From Verrucomicrobiota bacterium (GTDB lineage Bacteria; Verrucomicrobiota; Verrucomicrobiia; Limisphaerales; SXTU01): a stretch of DNA of 64,000 nt. The notes beneath the pieces are model-generated. The model searched no databases, had not been told where the DNA came from, and was given only the letters and a program-made list of their open reading frames with translations. The stretch covers positions 840-64,839 of the forward strand of contig JACRKB010000015.1 in NCBI GenBank assembly GCA_016235545.1. Direction: 5' to 3'. The translations under genes were made by a program, and so were the position numbers. The stretch's first letter is position 1. Each line of letters starts with the position of its first letter. Below, piece by piece: positions 53,602 through 62,671 of this stretch.

Positions 53602-56600
53602 TCACAGCCTTACCTCCACTTTCGCCTCGCTGGGCAGTTCCAATTTTAAGCCGCCGCTCGCGTCCGTCTGCCACGAGGAGGATTTTCCGTTCACGAGGAC
53701 GCTCGCGGTCGCGCGCGCGGGCAGGCCGGCGAGGGTTACCTTGCAGGGGCGGACATCGCGCACCGTGAACGCGGCCTCGCGCGCGGCGTGTTTGCTGAAC
53801 TGGATTTCCGCCGTGCTGGCTTCGAGGCGCAGGTGCGCGGCGGGCCGCTCGGCCAGCGCCAGCTCCACCCGTGGCGATCCGTCGGTGTGGAGGTAGAGCG
53901 TGTCGCCGCTCACGCGCCAGCCGGTGACACCCCGGCTCGCGGCGAGGTCTGGCACGAGCGCGGACTTCGGCAGGCGGAAGGTGCGCAGCGCGCCGGCGTT
54001 CACGAGTGTCCAGCGCGTGTCCGACTGGCGGAAGACGCGCGTGGCGCGGGCATCGCGGACGAGGCGGGCGTAGTCGGCGGCGGTGACCGCGTGCAGCTCC
54101 TGCTTGATCGCCCAGTCGAAGAGGCGCGTGAGCGCGTTGAGCGAGGCGTGGTTGTCGCCGCTGTAAAAGTGGAAGTAGATGTTGACGGGCTTGAGGCGGC
54201 GCGGGCTTTCCATGCGCTCGTAGCCGTCCTGCGCCAGCACGAAGCCGCCGAAGAAGGGCGAGGCGGTGTCGCCACTGATGGCCCAGCGCTCGCGGTAGAT
54301 GTTTTCGTTCTCGTTCGCGGCGGTGATTTGCAGTTCGCCCTCCCATGGCAGCGCGCGGGCGGAGACGCGCGTGACGGACGGGCGCTTGCGGCTCATCGCG
54401 GTCTCGCCGCCGTTCATGTTTTCAATGCCCAGCTCGCGCACGAAGCGCAGCGCCTCCGGCCACGGGCGGCAGTTGCCGGACCAGAGGAAGATTTTGACCG
54501 GCTTGCCCGGCGGGCAGAGCTCGCGCTCGATGTAGCGGACGGAGCCTTCAATCTCGCGGCGCGCGTCCACGCCCGTGTGGTTCAGTGGCTCGGCGAGCAG
54601 GAGGTTCGCGCGCTTGTAATCTCGCACCGTGCGGTCGCCGGCGTTCCAATAGAAGGGATGCGTGTAGGCGTGCGACGCGGCCTCGACCTTCGGCAGCGCG
54701 AGGACTTCGCGTGCCTGCCGCGTGAGCAGCTCGGCGTCGCCGGGCTTTTGGTCCACGACCAGACCGCGAATCTCCGCCTCGATGAACGAGACGGTGAAGG
54801 GAAAGGGATACTTCTTGATGATGCGCTCGGTGATGAGCTCGCCGGAACGCCGCCCCGGCTCGACGCTGGAGACATGGCGGAATCCATCGCCATCAATGTG
54901 CGAGAAGAAAAGCCGCACTCCATCGCGGGTGGTGGTGTCCGGCACCGGCAGGACGGCGCGGCCCAGCGCGGCGTGGAAAAAATAAAACGGGTCCACCAGC
55001 CACAGCTCGTCGAGGTCGGGCCGGCGGAACAGCGCGTAAGGGTCCAGCAGCATCCCGCCCCACGGCGCGATGAAGAGCGGGTCGAACTGGGCGCCTTCCG
55101 CCGTTGCGAGGGACAGCAGCACTTCGCTGCCGGCGGGCGCGCGCAGGTCGCGAAAGCCGGCGGGGGTGAGGTTCAGCGGTGCTTCAAAGTTGAGCTGCCG
55201 CGCCACGGTCAGCGCGCGCAGGCCGGTTGCGCTCTTGGGTGGGCGGCCTGTGCCAACGCATCCAAATGCCGTCAGCACACGTTCCACGAGCGCTTCATCC
55301 GTGAACGGGAGCACGCCAAAGAAAATGATTTTGCGCCCGCGCTGCTGCTGCGCGATGAGCCAGTCCGCGACGGCAGTCTCGTGCGCGCGGGGGATTTCCA
55401 GAAAACGGTCGAGGATGACGGCGGTGAACTTCGGGTCCAGCTCGGCGGGCAGGGCATGCGTGTGGAGGTTGAGATAATCCACTTCGTAGCCGAGCCACTC
55501 CAAAGCCATCTGCGCGACGGATGCGGTGCCGCTGTCAATGGGCCAGCGCACAAGCTCCTCGACATCGGCCTCGCGGTTGCCGAAGAGCGTGAGCACCCAG
55601 CGCGGGACTTCGCCGGTGGGCAGTGGCGCGGCAGGCAGGGTGGCGCGCGGAGCTTGCACCTGCGGCGCGCCGGATGACACGGCTGCCGGCAACGCGGGTG
55701 GCAGCGCGGGGACGCTCTTCGTCGGCTGGATGTTGAAGCTGGTGATGGTGGCGGGTGTCGTGGTGGAAAGTGCCGCGTCGCGTTTCACGGGAACGGACGG
55801 CCTCGGCGCGAGGAACTTGCCGTCCAGCTCCACCGTGCTGATGAATGGCGTGAAGCCCTCCGTCGCGATGCGCCGCGCGGTGGCCTCCGCGAGCTGCGGG
55901 TCTGACGGATTCACGTAGTCCACCACATACACCGGCAGGCCGGCCTTGCTGATGGTGCGGAGGATTTTGAGCAGCCAGTCCGTGCCGGACTGCGCCTCCG
56001 CCACGTAGCGTTTTGTGGCAAAGTCGTATTTCTGGAACACCGACTCGGCGAGCACGCCATCCACGCTGCCGGGGAGCCGCGCGAGCATCGGGAAGCCGCG
56101 GTTGAGGATGACCTTGTGCTGCGGAAACTTCGCCTTGAGCTGTTTGATGAGCGTGCCGAGTCCGTCGCGAAACGCCGTGCCGCGCTGCGGGAATTGCTTC
56201 TCCAGCAGCTCGACGCTGTCCGCGGTGTCGAGGAAGAAACCATCGAAGCCCTTTTGCGCCGCGCCCGTCGCGAGCGTGTTGACCACGAAGTCCGCCCAAG
56301 CCGGCTGCGACACGTCGGCGAAGTCGCCCTGCCAGATGTCGTTCTTCCCCAGCAGCGGAATCTTGCGCGCAGCGACCTCGGCGCGATACGCCGCGTCCTT
56401 CGCCACTTCCACGACGCTGAGGTAGGCGAAGGGCGTGTGGCCGGCGCGCTTGAGTTCCGCCACGTCCACGCGCGCGTCGGGGCTGAGGATGGAGAAATCA
56501 AACTCGCGCAGCGCAGCAGCGTCCGGCGCGGCGGAGTAGTTGATGCAGAACGTGGCGGCCCGGATGGACAGGGCCGAAAGGAGCAGGGCAAAGGCAAGCC

Positions 56601-56694
56601 AGCCCCCAGCGGGAAAACTGGCGGACCGACGCAACCGCTGGCAGGGCAGACTCATTCCGATTACTAGTGGGCGGAGGATAAAAGGCCTGCGCAT
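53602..56694 (-). CDS. PelA-like multidomain protein: GH114/TM1410-type glycoside hydrolase + CE4-like deacetylase
   Basis: N-domain FAYLSVVEV...GFDGFFLDTADS (Glyco_hydro_114-like TIM barrel). Central and C-terminal region with LFFSHIDGDGF and SHAYTHP (CE4 motif 1/2-like). 1030 aa. Confidence 0.6.
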   Translation of the reverse strand: MRRPFILRPLVIGMSLPCQRLRRSASFPAGGWLAFALLLSALSIRAATFCINYSAAPDAAALREFDFSILSPDARVDVAELKRAGHTPFAYLSVVEVAKDAAYRAEVAARKIPLLGKNDIWQGDFADVSQPAWADFVVNTLATGAAQKGFDGFFLDTADSVELLEKQFPQRGTAFRDGLGTLIKQLKAKFPQHKVILNRGFPMLARLPGSVDGVLAESVFQKYDFATKRYVAEAQSGTDWLLKILRTISKAGLPVYVVDYVNPSDPQLAEATARRIATEGFTPFISTVELDGKFLAPRPSVPVKRDAALSTTTPATITSFNIQPTKSVPALPPALPAAVSSGAPQVQAPRATLPAAPLPTGEVPRWVLTLFGNREADVEELVRWPIDSGTASVAQMALEWLGYEVDYLNLHTHALPAELDPKFTAVILDRFLEIPRAHETAVADWLIAQQQRGRKIIFFGVLPFTDEALVERVLTAFGCVGTGRPPKSATGLRALTVARQLNFEAPLNLTPAGFRDLRAPAGSEVLLSLATAEGAQFDPLFIAPWGGMLLDPYALFRRPDLDELWLVDPFYFFHAALGRAVLPVPDTTTRDGVRLFFSHIDGDGFRHVSSVEPGRRSGELITERIIKKYPFPFTVSFIEAEIRGLVVDQKPGDAELLTRQAREVLALPKVEAASHAYTHPFYWNAGDRTVRDYKRANLLLAEPLNHTGVDARREIEGSVRYIERELCPPGKPVKIFLWSGNCRPWPEALRFVRELGIENMNGGETAMSRKRPSVTRVSARALPWEGELQITAANENENIYRERWAISGDTASPFFGGFVLAQDGYERMESPRRLKPVNIYFHFYSGDNHASLNALTRLFDWAIKQELHAVTAADYARLVRDARATRVFRQSDTRWTLVNAGALRTFRLPKSALVPDLAASRGVTGWRVSGDTLYLHTDGSPRVELALAERPAAHLRLEASTAEIQFSKHAAREAAFTVRDVRPCKVTLAGLPARATASVLVNGKSSSWQTDASGGLKLELPSEAKVEVRL

Positions 56695-56739
56695 GAAGTA
56701 AAGCCGTGAGCCTGCGATGGAGGGCGCATGGACCCTTCC

Positions 56740-56825
56740 CTCCTGCTCGTAATCTTGATCCTAATCCTGCTCCTCGGAGCGGCCCAGCCAGGGAGCAGGA
56801 TTAGGATCAGGATTGAGAGCAGGAG
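56740..56825. repeat. 34-bp-stem hairpin (CCTAATC/GATTAGG units)
   Basis: CTCCTGCTCGTAATCTTGATCCTAATCCTGCTCC pairs with GGAGCAGGATTAGGATCAGGATTGAGAGCAGGAG, 31/34 by my count. Confidence 0.85.
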
Positions 56826-56853
56826 AAGACCGCGCCACAGCGCTCGCTTCCTA

Positions 56854-57705
56854 TCACCCGCGCCTCTGGCATTCCCCCACATAGTCGCGGAAGGCCTGCT
56901 GCAACTTGCGCGTGAGCGGGCCGGGCTGGCCCTCGCCTACCTTGCGCTCGTTGATTTGCACGACGGGCATCACCTCGTTCGTCGTGCCGAAGAGCATCGC
57001 CTCGGCGGCGCATTTCAAGTCCGCCTCGGCCACGGGGAATTCCTTCACCGGGATGTCCAGCGCGGAGCACAGGCCCAGCGCTACGAGGCGGGAGATGCCG
57101 GGGAGGATGTAATTGCTGCGCGGCGCGGTGTGCAGCACGCCGTCGAGGACGACGGCGAAATTCGAGAGCGAGCCTTCCAGCGCGAAGCCATCCCGGACGA
57201 GCACGGCCTCGTGCGCCCCGGCCTCCTGCGCCTGCTGGTTGGCCAGGACGTTGGGCAGCAGCGAGACGGACTTGATGTCGCAGCGCGCCCAGCGCTGGTC
57301 GGGCACCGTGATGACTTTCACGCCGCTGGCCCACTTCTCGACCGGGTTGGCGAACGGCGCGGCGAAGGCATAGACGGTGGGTGTGGCGTCGGCGGGGAAG
57401 GCGTGTTTGCGTGGTGCCGCGCCGCGCGAGACCTGCAGATAGACCGTGGCCTCGGCGTCTGCGAGGTTGTTTCGCTTCAACAACTCGCTGGCGATGGACG
57501 CAAAATCTGTGTTCGCCGGCGACGCGATGCGCAGTGCTTTGAGGCTGTAATCGAAGCGGTCCCAGTGCTCGCGCGCGCGGAAGAGATGGCCGCGATAGGC
57601 GCGAAGGACCTCGTAAGCACCGTCGGCGAAGAGGAACGCCCGGTCGTCGGGCGCGATGCGGGCCTGATCCTTCGGGAGGAACTCGCCGTTGAGATAGACA
57701 GTCAT
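56854..57705 (-). CDS. class IV aminotransferase (D-amino-acid/branched-chain type)
   Basis: 283 aa. MTVYLNGEFLPKDQARIAPDDRAFLFADGAYEV N-terminus typical of fold-type IV PLP enzymes. Confidence 0.8.
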   Translation of the reverse strand: MTVYLNGEFLPKDQARIAPDDRAFLFADGAYEVLRAYRGHLFRAREHWDRFDYSLKALRIASPANTDFASIASELLKRNNLADAEATVYLQVSRGAAPRKHAFPADATPTVYAFAAPFANPVEKWASGVKVITVPDQRWARCDIKSVSLLPNVLANQQAQEAGAHEAVLVRDGFALEGSLSNFAVVLDGVLHTAPRSNYILPGISRLVALGLCSALDIPVKEFPVAEADLKCAAEAMLFGTTNEVMPVVQINERKVGEGQPGPLTRKLQQAFRDYVGECQRRG

Positions 57706-57780
57706 GGCGGGTGGTTAAAGCGGGAAACGCGGTGAAGGGCAACTGGAAAGATGGGGGAGCGCTTTCACCCAGCTCCAATT

Positions 57781-57820
57781 TTGAGCCACGGATGGAACAC
57801 GGAACAAACACGGATGGAAG
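57781..57820 (+). repeat. conserved spacer core plus GGAACAC-type tract
   Basis: TTGAGCCACGGATGGAACACGGAACAAACACGGATGGAAG in the divergent spacer. Confidence 0.75.
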
Positions 57821-57950
57821 AAAAGGCGGGCACAGTGGCTGATGACGGCGCCAGGGCAAACAAACATCCCCCGATGCGGGCGCTGGAAAAAGTCGGGCTT
57901 GGCGCGCGTGCGATTGGCGACTAGCTTGCGCCCGTGAGTTCCAGTCACAT

Positions 57951-59426
57951 ATGAACGCCAATGGCATCCTCAAGCAGCACTGGCTGCATGTGGCCACCCA
58001 CTTCACGGTGGATGCGCTCATCTTCGCGGTGGCGTTCATCATCGGCACGGACTTCGTCATCTCGGACGACGACCTTCAGATGCGGCTGGAGTCCTACCTG
58101 CCGGGCATCCTGATGGGCGCGTTAGCCTTCCCCTGCTTCGTATATATCTTCGGCCTCTACTCGCCGCAGAGTTACAAGCAGCGCGTCACCAAGCGGGCCA
58201 TCGTGCTGGCCATGTGCCTCACCGGCACGATGCTGCTGGTGATACCGCTGTTCTACCTCAAGAAATCACTCGCCATCGGCCGCGGTGTCTTCGGTTCCAG
58301 CGTCTTCATTGCCTACTTCGCGGTTCTCTTCCACCACGGCCTGCTGCTGCGCTCGCTGCGCAACTACCGCGAGCGCGTGGCCTTCATCATGACCTGCACG
58401 TTCGACGAGCTGGAGGCGCGCTTCTTCCAGTCCCTCGGCACGGAGAACATGGAGCTGGCCGGCCTCATCCACTACGACAACTACCAGCCCATCGGCGAGA
58501 TGCGCGTGCTGGGCAAGGTCAGCGACCTTCAGGACATCGTGCGGCGCGAGAACATCCACCGCGTCCTCTGCACGAGCAAAAGCATCAGCGACCCCGCCAT
58601 GTGCAAGGCCTTTTGCGAGCTGCGCTACTCCGGCGTGCAGGTCATGCCGCTGGTCAGCCTCTTCGAGGAGGTCCACCAGCTCGTGCCGCTGGAGCTTATC
58701 ACGCCCGAATGGCTCCTCGCCGCCAGCGCGCAGCCGCACATGCTCTACATCAAGAAGCTCAAGCGCGGGTTCGACATCGTGGTCTCGCTGCTGGGTCTGG
58801 TATTCCTCGGCCCGGTCATGCTCCTGGGCATCCTCGCCACCAAGCTCACCTCCGCCGGCCCTGCCTTCTACAAGCAAATCCGCGCCGGACGGTTTGGCCG
58901 GCCCGTCAACGTCATCAAGCTCCGCTCCATGCGCACTGACGCGGAGAAACACGGCGCTGTCTGGTCCACCGCTGGCAAGGACCCGCGCTCCACGCCCGTG
59001 GGAAACTTCCTCCGCAAGTATCGCATAGATGAAATCCCGCAGCTCATCAACGTGCTCAAGGGCGACATGTCCTTCGTCGGCCCGCGCCCGGAGCGCCCGG
59101 TCTTCATCGAGGAGCTGGCCCAGCAAATCCCCTATTTTCAAGAGCGGCTCATGGTGCAGCCCGGCATCACCGGCTGGGCGCAGGTGAATTACCCCTACGG
59201 CTCGTCTGTGGAGGACGCGAAGTGGAAGCTCGAATACGACCTCTACTACATGAAGCACATGAGCTTGTTCCTCGACCTCTTCATCCTGCTGGACACCGTC
59301 CGCATCGTGCTCCGCGGCGGCATGAAGGGCGACGCGAAAGACCGCCTCCCGCGCTACGAGGCCATTTGGTTCTTCAGAGTCTTCGGCAACGAAGCATCGA
59401 ACACGCCGCGCCCGCCTGAGAGATAG
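57951..59426 (+). CDS. polyprenyl-phosphate phosphoglycosyl transferase (WbaP/WcaJ-type priming enzyme)
   Basis: N-terminal TM bundle, central Rossmann-like domain, Bac_transf core KRGFDIVVSLLGL...DEIPQLINVLKGDMSFVGPRP...GITGWAQV. Confidence 0.9.
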   Translation: MNANGILKQHWLHVATHFTVDALIFAVAFIIGTDFVISDDDLQMRLESYLPGILMGALAFPCFVYIFGLYSPQSYKQRVTKRAIVLAMCLTGTMLLVIPLFYLKKSLAIGRGVFGSSVFIAYFAVLFHHGLLLRSLRNYRERVAFIMTCTFDELEARFFQSLGTENMELAGLIHYDNYQPIGEMRVLGKVSDLQDIVRRENIHRVLCTSKSISDPAMCKAFCELRYSGVQVMPLVSLFEEVHQLVPLELITPEWLLAASAQPHMLYIKKLKRGFDIVVSLLGLVFLGPVMLLGILATKLTSAGPAFYKQIRAGRFGRPVNVIKLRSMRTDAEKHGAVWSTAGKDPRSTPVGNFLRKYRIDEIPQLINVLKGDMSFVGPRPERPVFIEELAQQIPYFQERLMVQPGITGWAQVNYPYGSSVEDAKWKLEYDLYYMKHMSLFLDLFILLDTVRIVLRGGMKGDAKDRLPRYEAIWFFRVFGNEASNTPRPPER

Positions 59427-59443
59427 GGCACTGCTTCCCCCGG

Positions 59444-59525
59444 CTTCCTCCTGCTCGTCATCCGAATCGCAATCCTGCTCCTCTGCTGTCGCCCGGGATG
59501 GAAAGGATTCGGATTGGGATTCATG
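59444..59525. repeat. imperfect hairpin (AATCC/GGATT units)
   Basis: CTTCCTCCTGCTCGTCATCCGAATCGCAATCCTGCTCC versus GGAAAGGATTCGGATTGGGATTCATG. Confidence 0.55.
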
Positions 59526-59530
59526 TTGCC

Positions 59531-59577
59531 AGCCGAAAAACAAAGCGCCGGACGCGGGTTGAACCAGCGTCCGGCGT
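59531..59577 (-). terminator. intrinsic terminator of rpsU (convergent with the transferase gene)
   Basis: Minus strand: CGCCGGACGC-loop-GCGTCCGGCG followed by CTTTGTTTTTCGG. Confidence 0.8.
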
Positions 59578-59596
59578 GAGGGGGAAGGAACGGGCG

Positions 59597-59794
59597 TCAC
59601 ATATCAGCGTAACGCGCGCGGAGCATGGCAGTGAACTTGGCCACCTTGAGCTTCTCGCGCTTCTTCTCGCTGGGCTTTGTGTAGCGGCGATGGCTGCGGA
59701 CCTCTTTCAGCGTGCCTTCGCGGTCGATTTTCTTTTTCAACCGGCGCAGCGCCTTTTCAACCGGCTCGCCTTTTTTGAGCTTAATTTCCGTCAA
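59597..59794 (-). CDS. rpsU: 30S ribosomal protein S21
   Basis: (M)[50 protein letters not shown] start preceded by GGAAGGAAG. Confidence 0.9.
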   Translation of the reverse strand: MTEIKLKKGEPVEKALRRLKKKIDREGTLKEVRSHRRYTKPSEKKREKLKVAKFTAMLRARYADM

Positions 59795-59875
59795 AACTGT
59801 TTCACTTCCTTCCCAGTCTGCTGCCCGGGGTTTGGCTGGCGAAAGCCGCCAGTCCTGTCCGGGTCAGGGAGCGGC

Positions 59876-59903
59876 ACTCTAGTGGGCGGCGGATTCCCGT
59901 CAA
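59876..59903 (-). promoter_or_regulatory. candidate sigma70-like promoter for rpsU
   Basis: Minus strand TTGACG - 16 nt - TAGAGT, about 75 nt upstream of the rpsU start. Sequence match only. Confidence 0.25.
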
Positions 59904-59997
59904 CCGTCAAAACCGGCCCCCCGCAGGTCGGGCGCATCTCACTTTGCTGCAAATGGCTTTGGAAAAGGTCAACTCTCCCAGATGCGGAGCTGCGGTA

Positions 59998-60164
59998 GAG
60001 AGTAGCCCAGGGCGCAAGCCCTGGGTGGCGAGCGCACCAACTGAGCCCCAGCGGGGCGGCAGACTCCGACTGCGACATGAATGGATGGCGGCTCCTCTGC
60101 CGCCGCGCTGCAGCTCGCCCTCGTCACCGCCTGACCCACGGCTCCCGCCGTGGGCTACTTTCTC
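59998..60164. repeat. composite palindromic repeat, family B-like
   Basis: Arms GAGAGTAGCCCAGGGCGCAAGCCCTGGGTG and CCACGGCTCCCGCCGTGGGCTACTTTCTC. Internal GGGGCGGCA loop motif as in 4842-5015. Confidence 0.65.
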
Positions 60165-60281
60165 TCGCAACTTCGTTGCTGCCCCTGATCGCCACATGGG
60201 TTGCAAGAAACTGGGATGCGCCCCGCAGGTCTGGGCGAGGTCGCACCTTTCCACTACCGAGTGGCTGTTCCCCTCCTGATC

Positions 60282-61160
60282 TCAGTCCAGAGATGCTGAA
60301 ACCTCACCCCTCTTGCCTCCTCGCCTGCACGCTTGGATCGCCTCCGCCACACGCGCCGCCTGCACCGTCTCGCGCACGTCATGCACGCGGAGCAGTTGCA
60401 CCCCATCGCGCACTGCCAGCGCCGCGCAGGCCAGCGCGCCAGGCAGTCGATCCATCGCGCTCTCTGTGCCGGTGATTTTGCCGAGGAAGGATTTGCGCGA
60501 GACCCCCAGCAGCACGGGCCGCTCGTGCCGGGCGAAGTGCGGCAGCCCATCCAGCAATTCCAGATTGTGTTCCAACGCCTTTCCGAATCCGATGCCGGGG
60601 TCGAGCACGACTTGTTCACGCCGCACGCCGAACTGCTCCAGCCACGCGAGCCGCTCGGCGAAGAAGCCATCCACCTCGCGCAGCACGTCGGTATAGGCCG
60701 GGCTTTGCTGCATGGTCTGCGGCGTGCCCTTCATGTGCATCACCACGTAGCCAGCGCGGAACTCGGCGACGACGCGCGCCATCGTGTCGTCGGCACGGTT
60801 GGCGGCGATGTCATTCACAATGCTGGCGCCGGCCAGCAGCGCGGCACGCGCAACCTCCGGCTTCTGCGTGTCAATCGAGATGGGCGCCCGCACCCGCGAC
60901 GCGAGCTGCCGGATGACCGGGACGACGCGGCGGATTTCCTCCTCCGCCGGAACCGGTGCAGCGCCGGGCCGGGTGGATTCACCGCCCACATCCAGCAGGT
61001 CGGCCCCCTCGCGAAGCAGTTGCCCCGCGCGGTCCACCGCCGCCTCGACAGAGAAAAACTGCCCGCCGTCCGAGAATGAATCCGGCGTGACGTTCAGCAC
61101 GCCCATCACGAGCGTGGGGCGGGGGAAGCGAAACTCGTGTCTGCCAGCGCGCCAGAGCAT
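60282..61160 (-). CDS. folP: dihydropteroate synthase
   Basis: ATG 61160. VMGVLNVTPDSFSDGG, GADLLDVGGESTRPG, DPGIGFGK motifs. Confidence 0.9.
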   Translation of the reverse strand: MLWRAGRHEFRFPRPTLVMGVLNVTPDSFSDGGQFFSVEAAVDRAGQLLREGADLLDVGGESTRPGAAPVPAEEEIRRVVPVIRQLASRVRAPISIDTQKPEVARAALLAGASIVNDIAANRADDTMARVVAEFRAGYVVMHMKGTPQTMQQSPAYTDVLREVDGFFAERLAWLEQFGVRREQVVLDPGIGFGKALEHNLELLDGLPHFARHERPVLLGVSRKSFLGKITGTESAMDRLPGALACAALAVRDGVQLLRVHDVRETVQAARVAEAIQACRRGGKRGEVSASLD

Positions 61161-61347
61161 GGAGGAGTTCAGCACAGGTGCGGGGCAGAGTCAGGGGCAG
61201 AATCTCCAATTCGCATGACGAGATTCAACGCGCGCTGAGGAAGCACATCTCCGCCGTTGCCTTGCCACGCGGCCGTCGGCATCGTCGCCGCCGCGATATG
61301 AACGTGAATTACCCCGATGGGGTGCCGGCTTTCCCCACTCACCCATC

Positions 61348-61599
61348 ATGAAACCCACCCGCGTCCGCCTCTTCATCAAGCCCTACTGCCCGTGGTGCTC
61401 GAAGGCCCAGGACTGGCTCGACGCGCGCGGCGTGGATTACGACATCCTCAATGTCATGGCCGACGACAAGGCTTACGACGAGATGGAGCGTCTCTCCGGC
61501 CAGACCTGTGCGCCCACCATCGAGGTGGACGGCAAGGTCCTCGGCGACTTCGGCCCGCCGGAAATCGAGAAGTGGTGGAAGCAGAACAACTTTGACTAG
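61348..61599 (+). CDS. glutaredoxin-like small thiol-disulfide protein
   Basis: 83 aa. CPWC active-site motif in a thioredoxin-fold context (LFIKPYCPWCSKAQDWL). Confidence 0.8.
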   Translation: MKPTRVRLFIKPYCPWCSKAQDWLDARGVDYDILNVMADDKAYDEMERLSGQTCAPTIEVDGKVLGDFGPPEIEKWWKQNNFD

Positions 61600-61627
61600 G
61601 AGACACGAAGTGAGCCGCATTTTTCAT

Positions 61628-61753
61628 AAGGAGAGCAGGATGGCAGGAGAAAACCCTGCGTTCGCTGCGCCTTGTTTTCTTTTGCTCTCCTGCCCTCCTA
61701 ATAATTCGCCGCCTCCGCTTCTGTGTTTCATCTGTGTCCATCTGTGCCTGAAA
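61628..61753. repeat. low-complexity hairpin plus diverged copy of the conserved spacer core
   Basis: AAGGAGAGCAGGATGGCAGGAGAAAAC versus GTTTTCTTTTGCTCTCCTGCCCTCCT. CTGTGTTTCATCTGTGTCCATCTGTGCCTGAA (61719-61753) parallels 30166-30200 with CG-to-TG changes. Ends 3 nt before the lipA ATG. Confidence 0.65.
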
Positions 61754-61755
61754 TA

Positions 61756-62634
61756 ATGACTTCTCTCCTGGCACCGCCCGCCCCGCGCCCGCGCCTCCCC
61801 GAGTGGCTCCGCCTCCCGCTGCCGACCAGCAGCGCGTTCACGAAGACGCGCGACCTGCTCAACGACCTCCAGCTCCACACCGTCTGCGAGAGCGCCAAGT
61901 GCCCGAACCATTGGGAGTGCTGGAGCAAGGGCACGGCCACCTTCATGATCGCCGGCGACCGCTGCACGCGCGCGTGCGGCTTCTGCGCCGTCTCCACCGC
62001 CAAGCCGCTCGCCCTCGAAGCCGACGAGCCGCAGCGCGTGGCCGAGGCGACCAGGCGCATGGGCCTCAAACACGTCGTCATCACCGCAGTGGCGCGCGAT
62101 GACCTCGCGGACGGCGGCGCGGAGCACTTCCGGCAGACCATCGAGGCCACGCGCGCGGCAAACCCCGGCATCGTCATCGAGGTGCTCGTGCCCGACTTCC
62201 TCGACAAGGACGACGCCATCGAGTGCGTGCTCACGGCGAATCCGGAGATTTACAACCACAACCTCGAAACCGTCCGCCGCCTCACGCCCTCTGTCCGTCA
62301 CCGCGCGACTTACGACCGCTCGCTCTCCGTGCTCGCGAAGGTGAAGGCCCGTCGCCCGGATGTCTTCACGAAGTCTGGCATCATGCTGGGCCTCGGCGAA
62401 ACCGAGGTCGAGGTGCTCGCCGCAATGGAAGACCTCCGACGCTCGAAGTGCGACATCCTCACGCTGGGCCAATACCTCCAGCCGACGCTGAAGCATCTGC
62501 CGGTCGTCGAGTTCATCCACCCGGACACGTTTGCGGAACTCGGCGCTCGTGCGGAGGCGCTGGGCTTCGTCCACGTGGCCAGCGGCCCGATGGTGCGCAG
62601 CAGCTACCACGCGGAGGAGTTTGCGCCGGCCTGA
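61756..62634 (+). CDS. lipA: lipoyl synthase
   Basis: ATG 61756. CESAKCPNHWEC and radical-SAM CTRACGFC motifs. Confidence 0.9.
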   Translation: MTSLLAPPAPRPRLPEWLRLPLPTSSAFTKTRDLLNDLQLHTVCESAKCPNHWECWSKGTATFMIAGDRCTRACGFCAVSTAKPLALEADEPQRVAEATRRMGLKHVVITAVARDDLADGGAEHFRQTIEATRAANPGIVIEVLVPDFLDKDDAIECVLTANPEIYNHNLETVRRLTPSVRHRATYDRSLSVLAKVKARRPDVFTKSGIMLGLGETEVEVLAAMEDLRRSKCDILTLGQYLQPTLKHLPVVEFIHPDTFAELGARAEALGFVHVASGPMVRSSYHAEEFAPA

Positions 62635-62671
62635 AATTGAATCTCTAAACTCTGAACTCAACACTCCGCCC

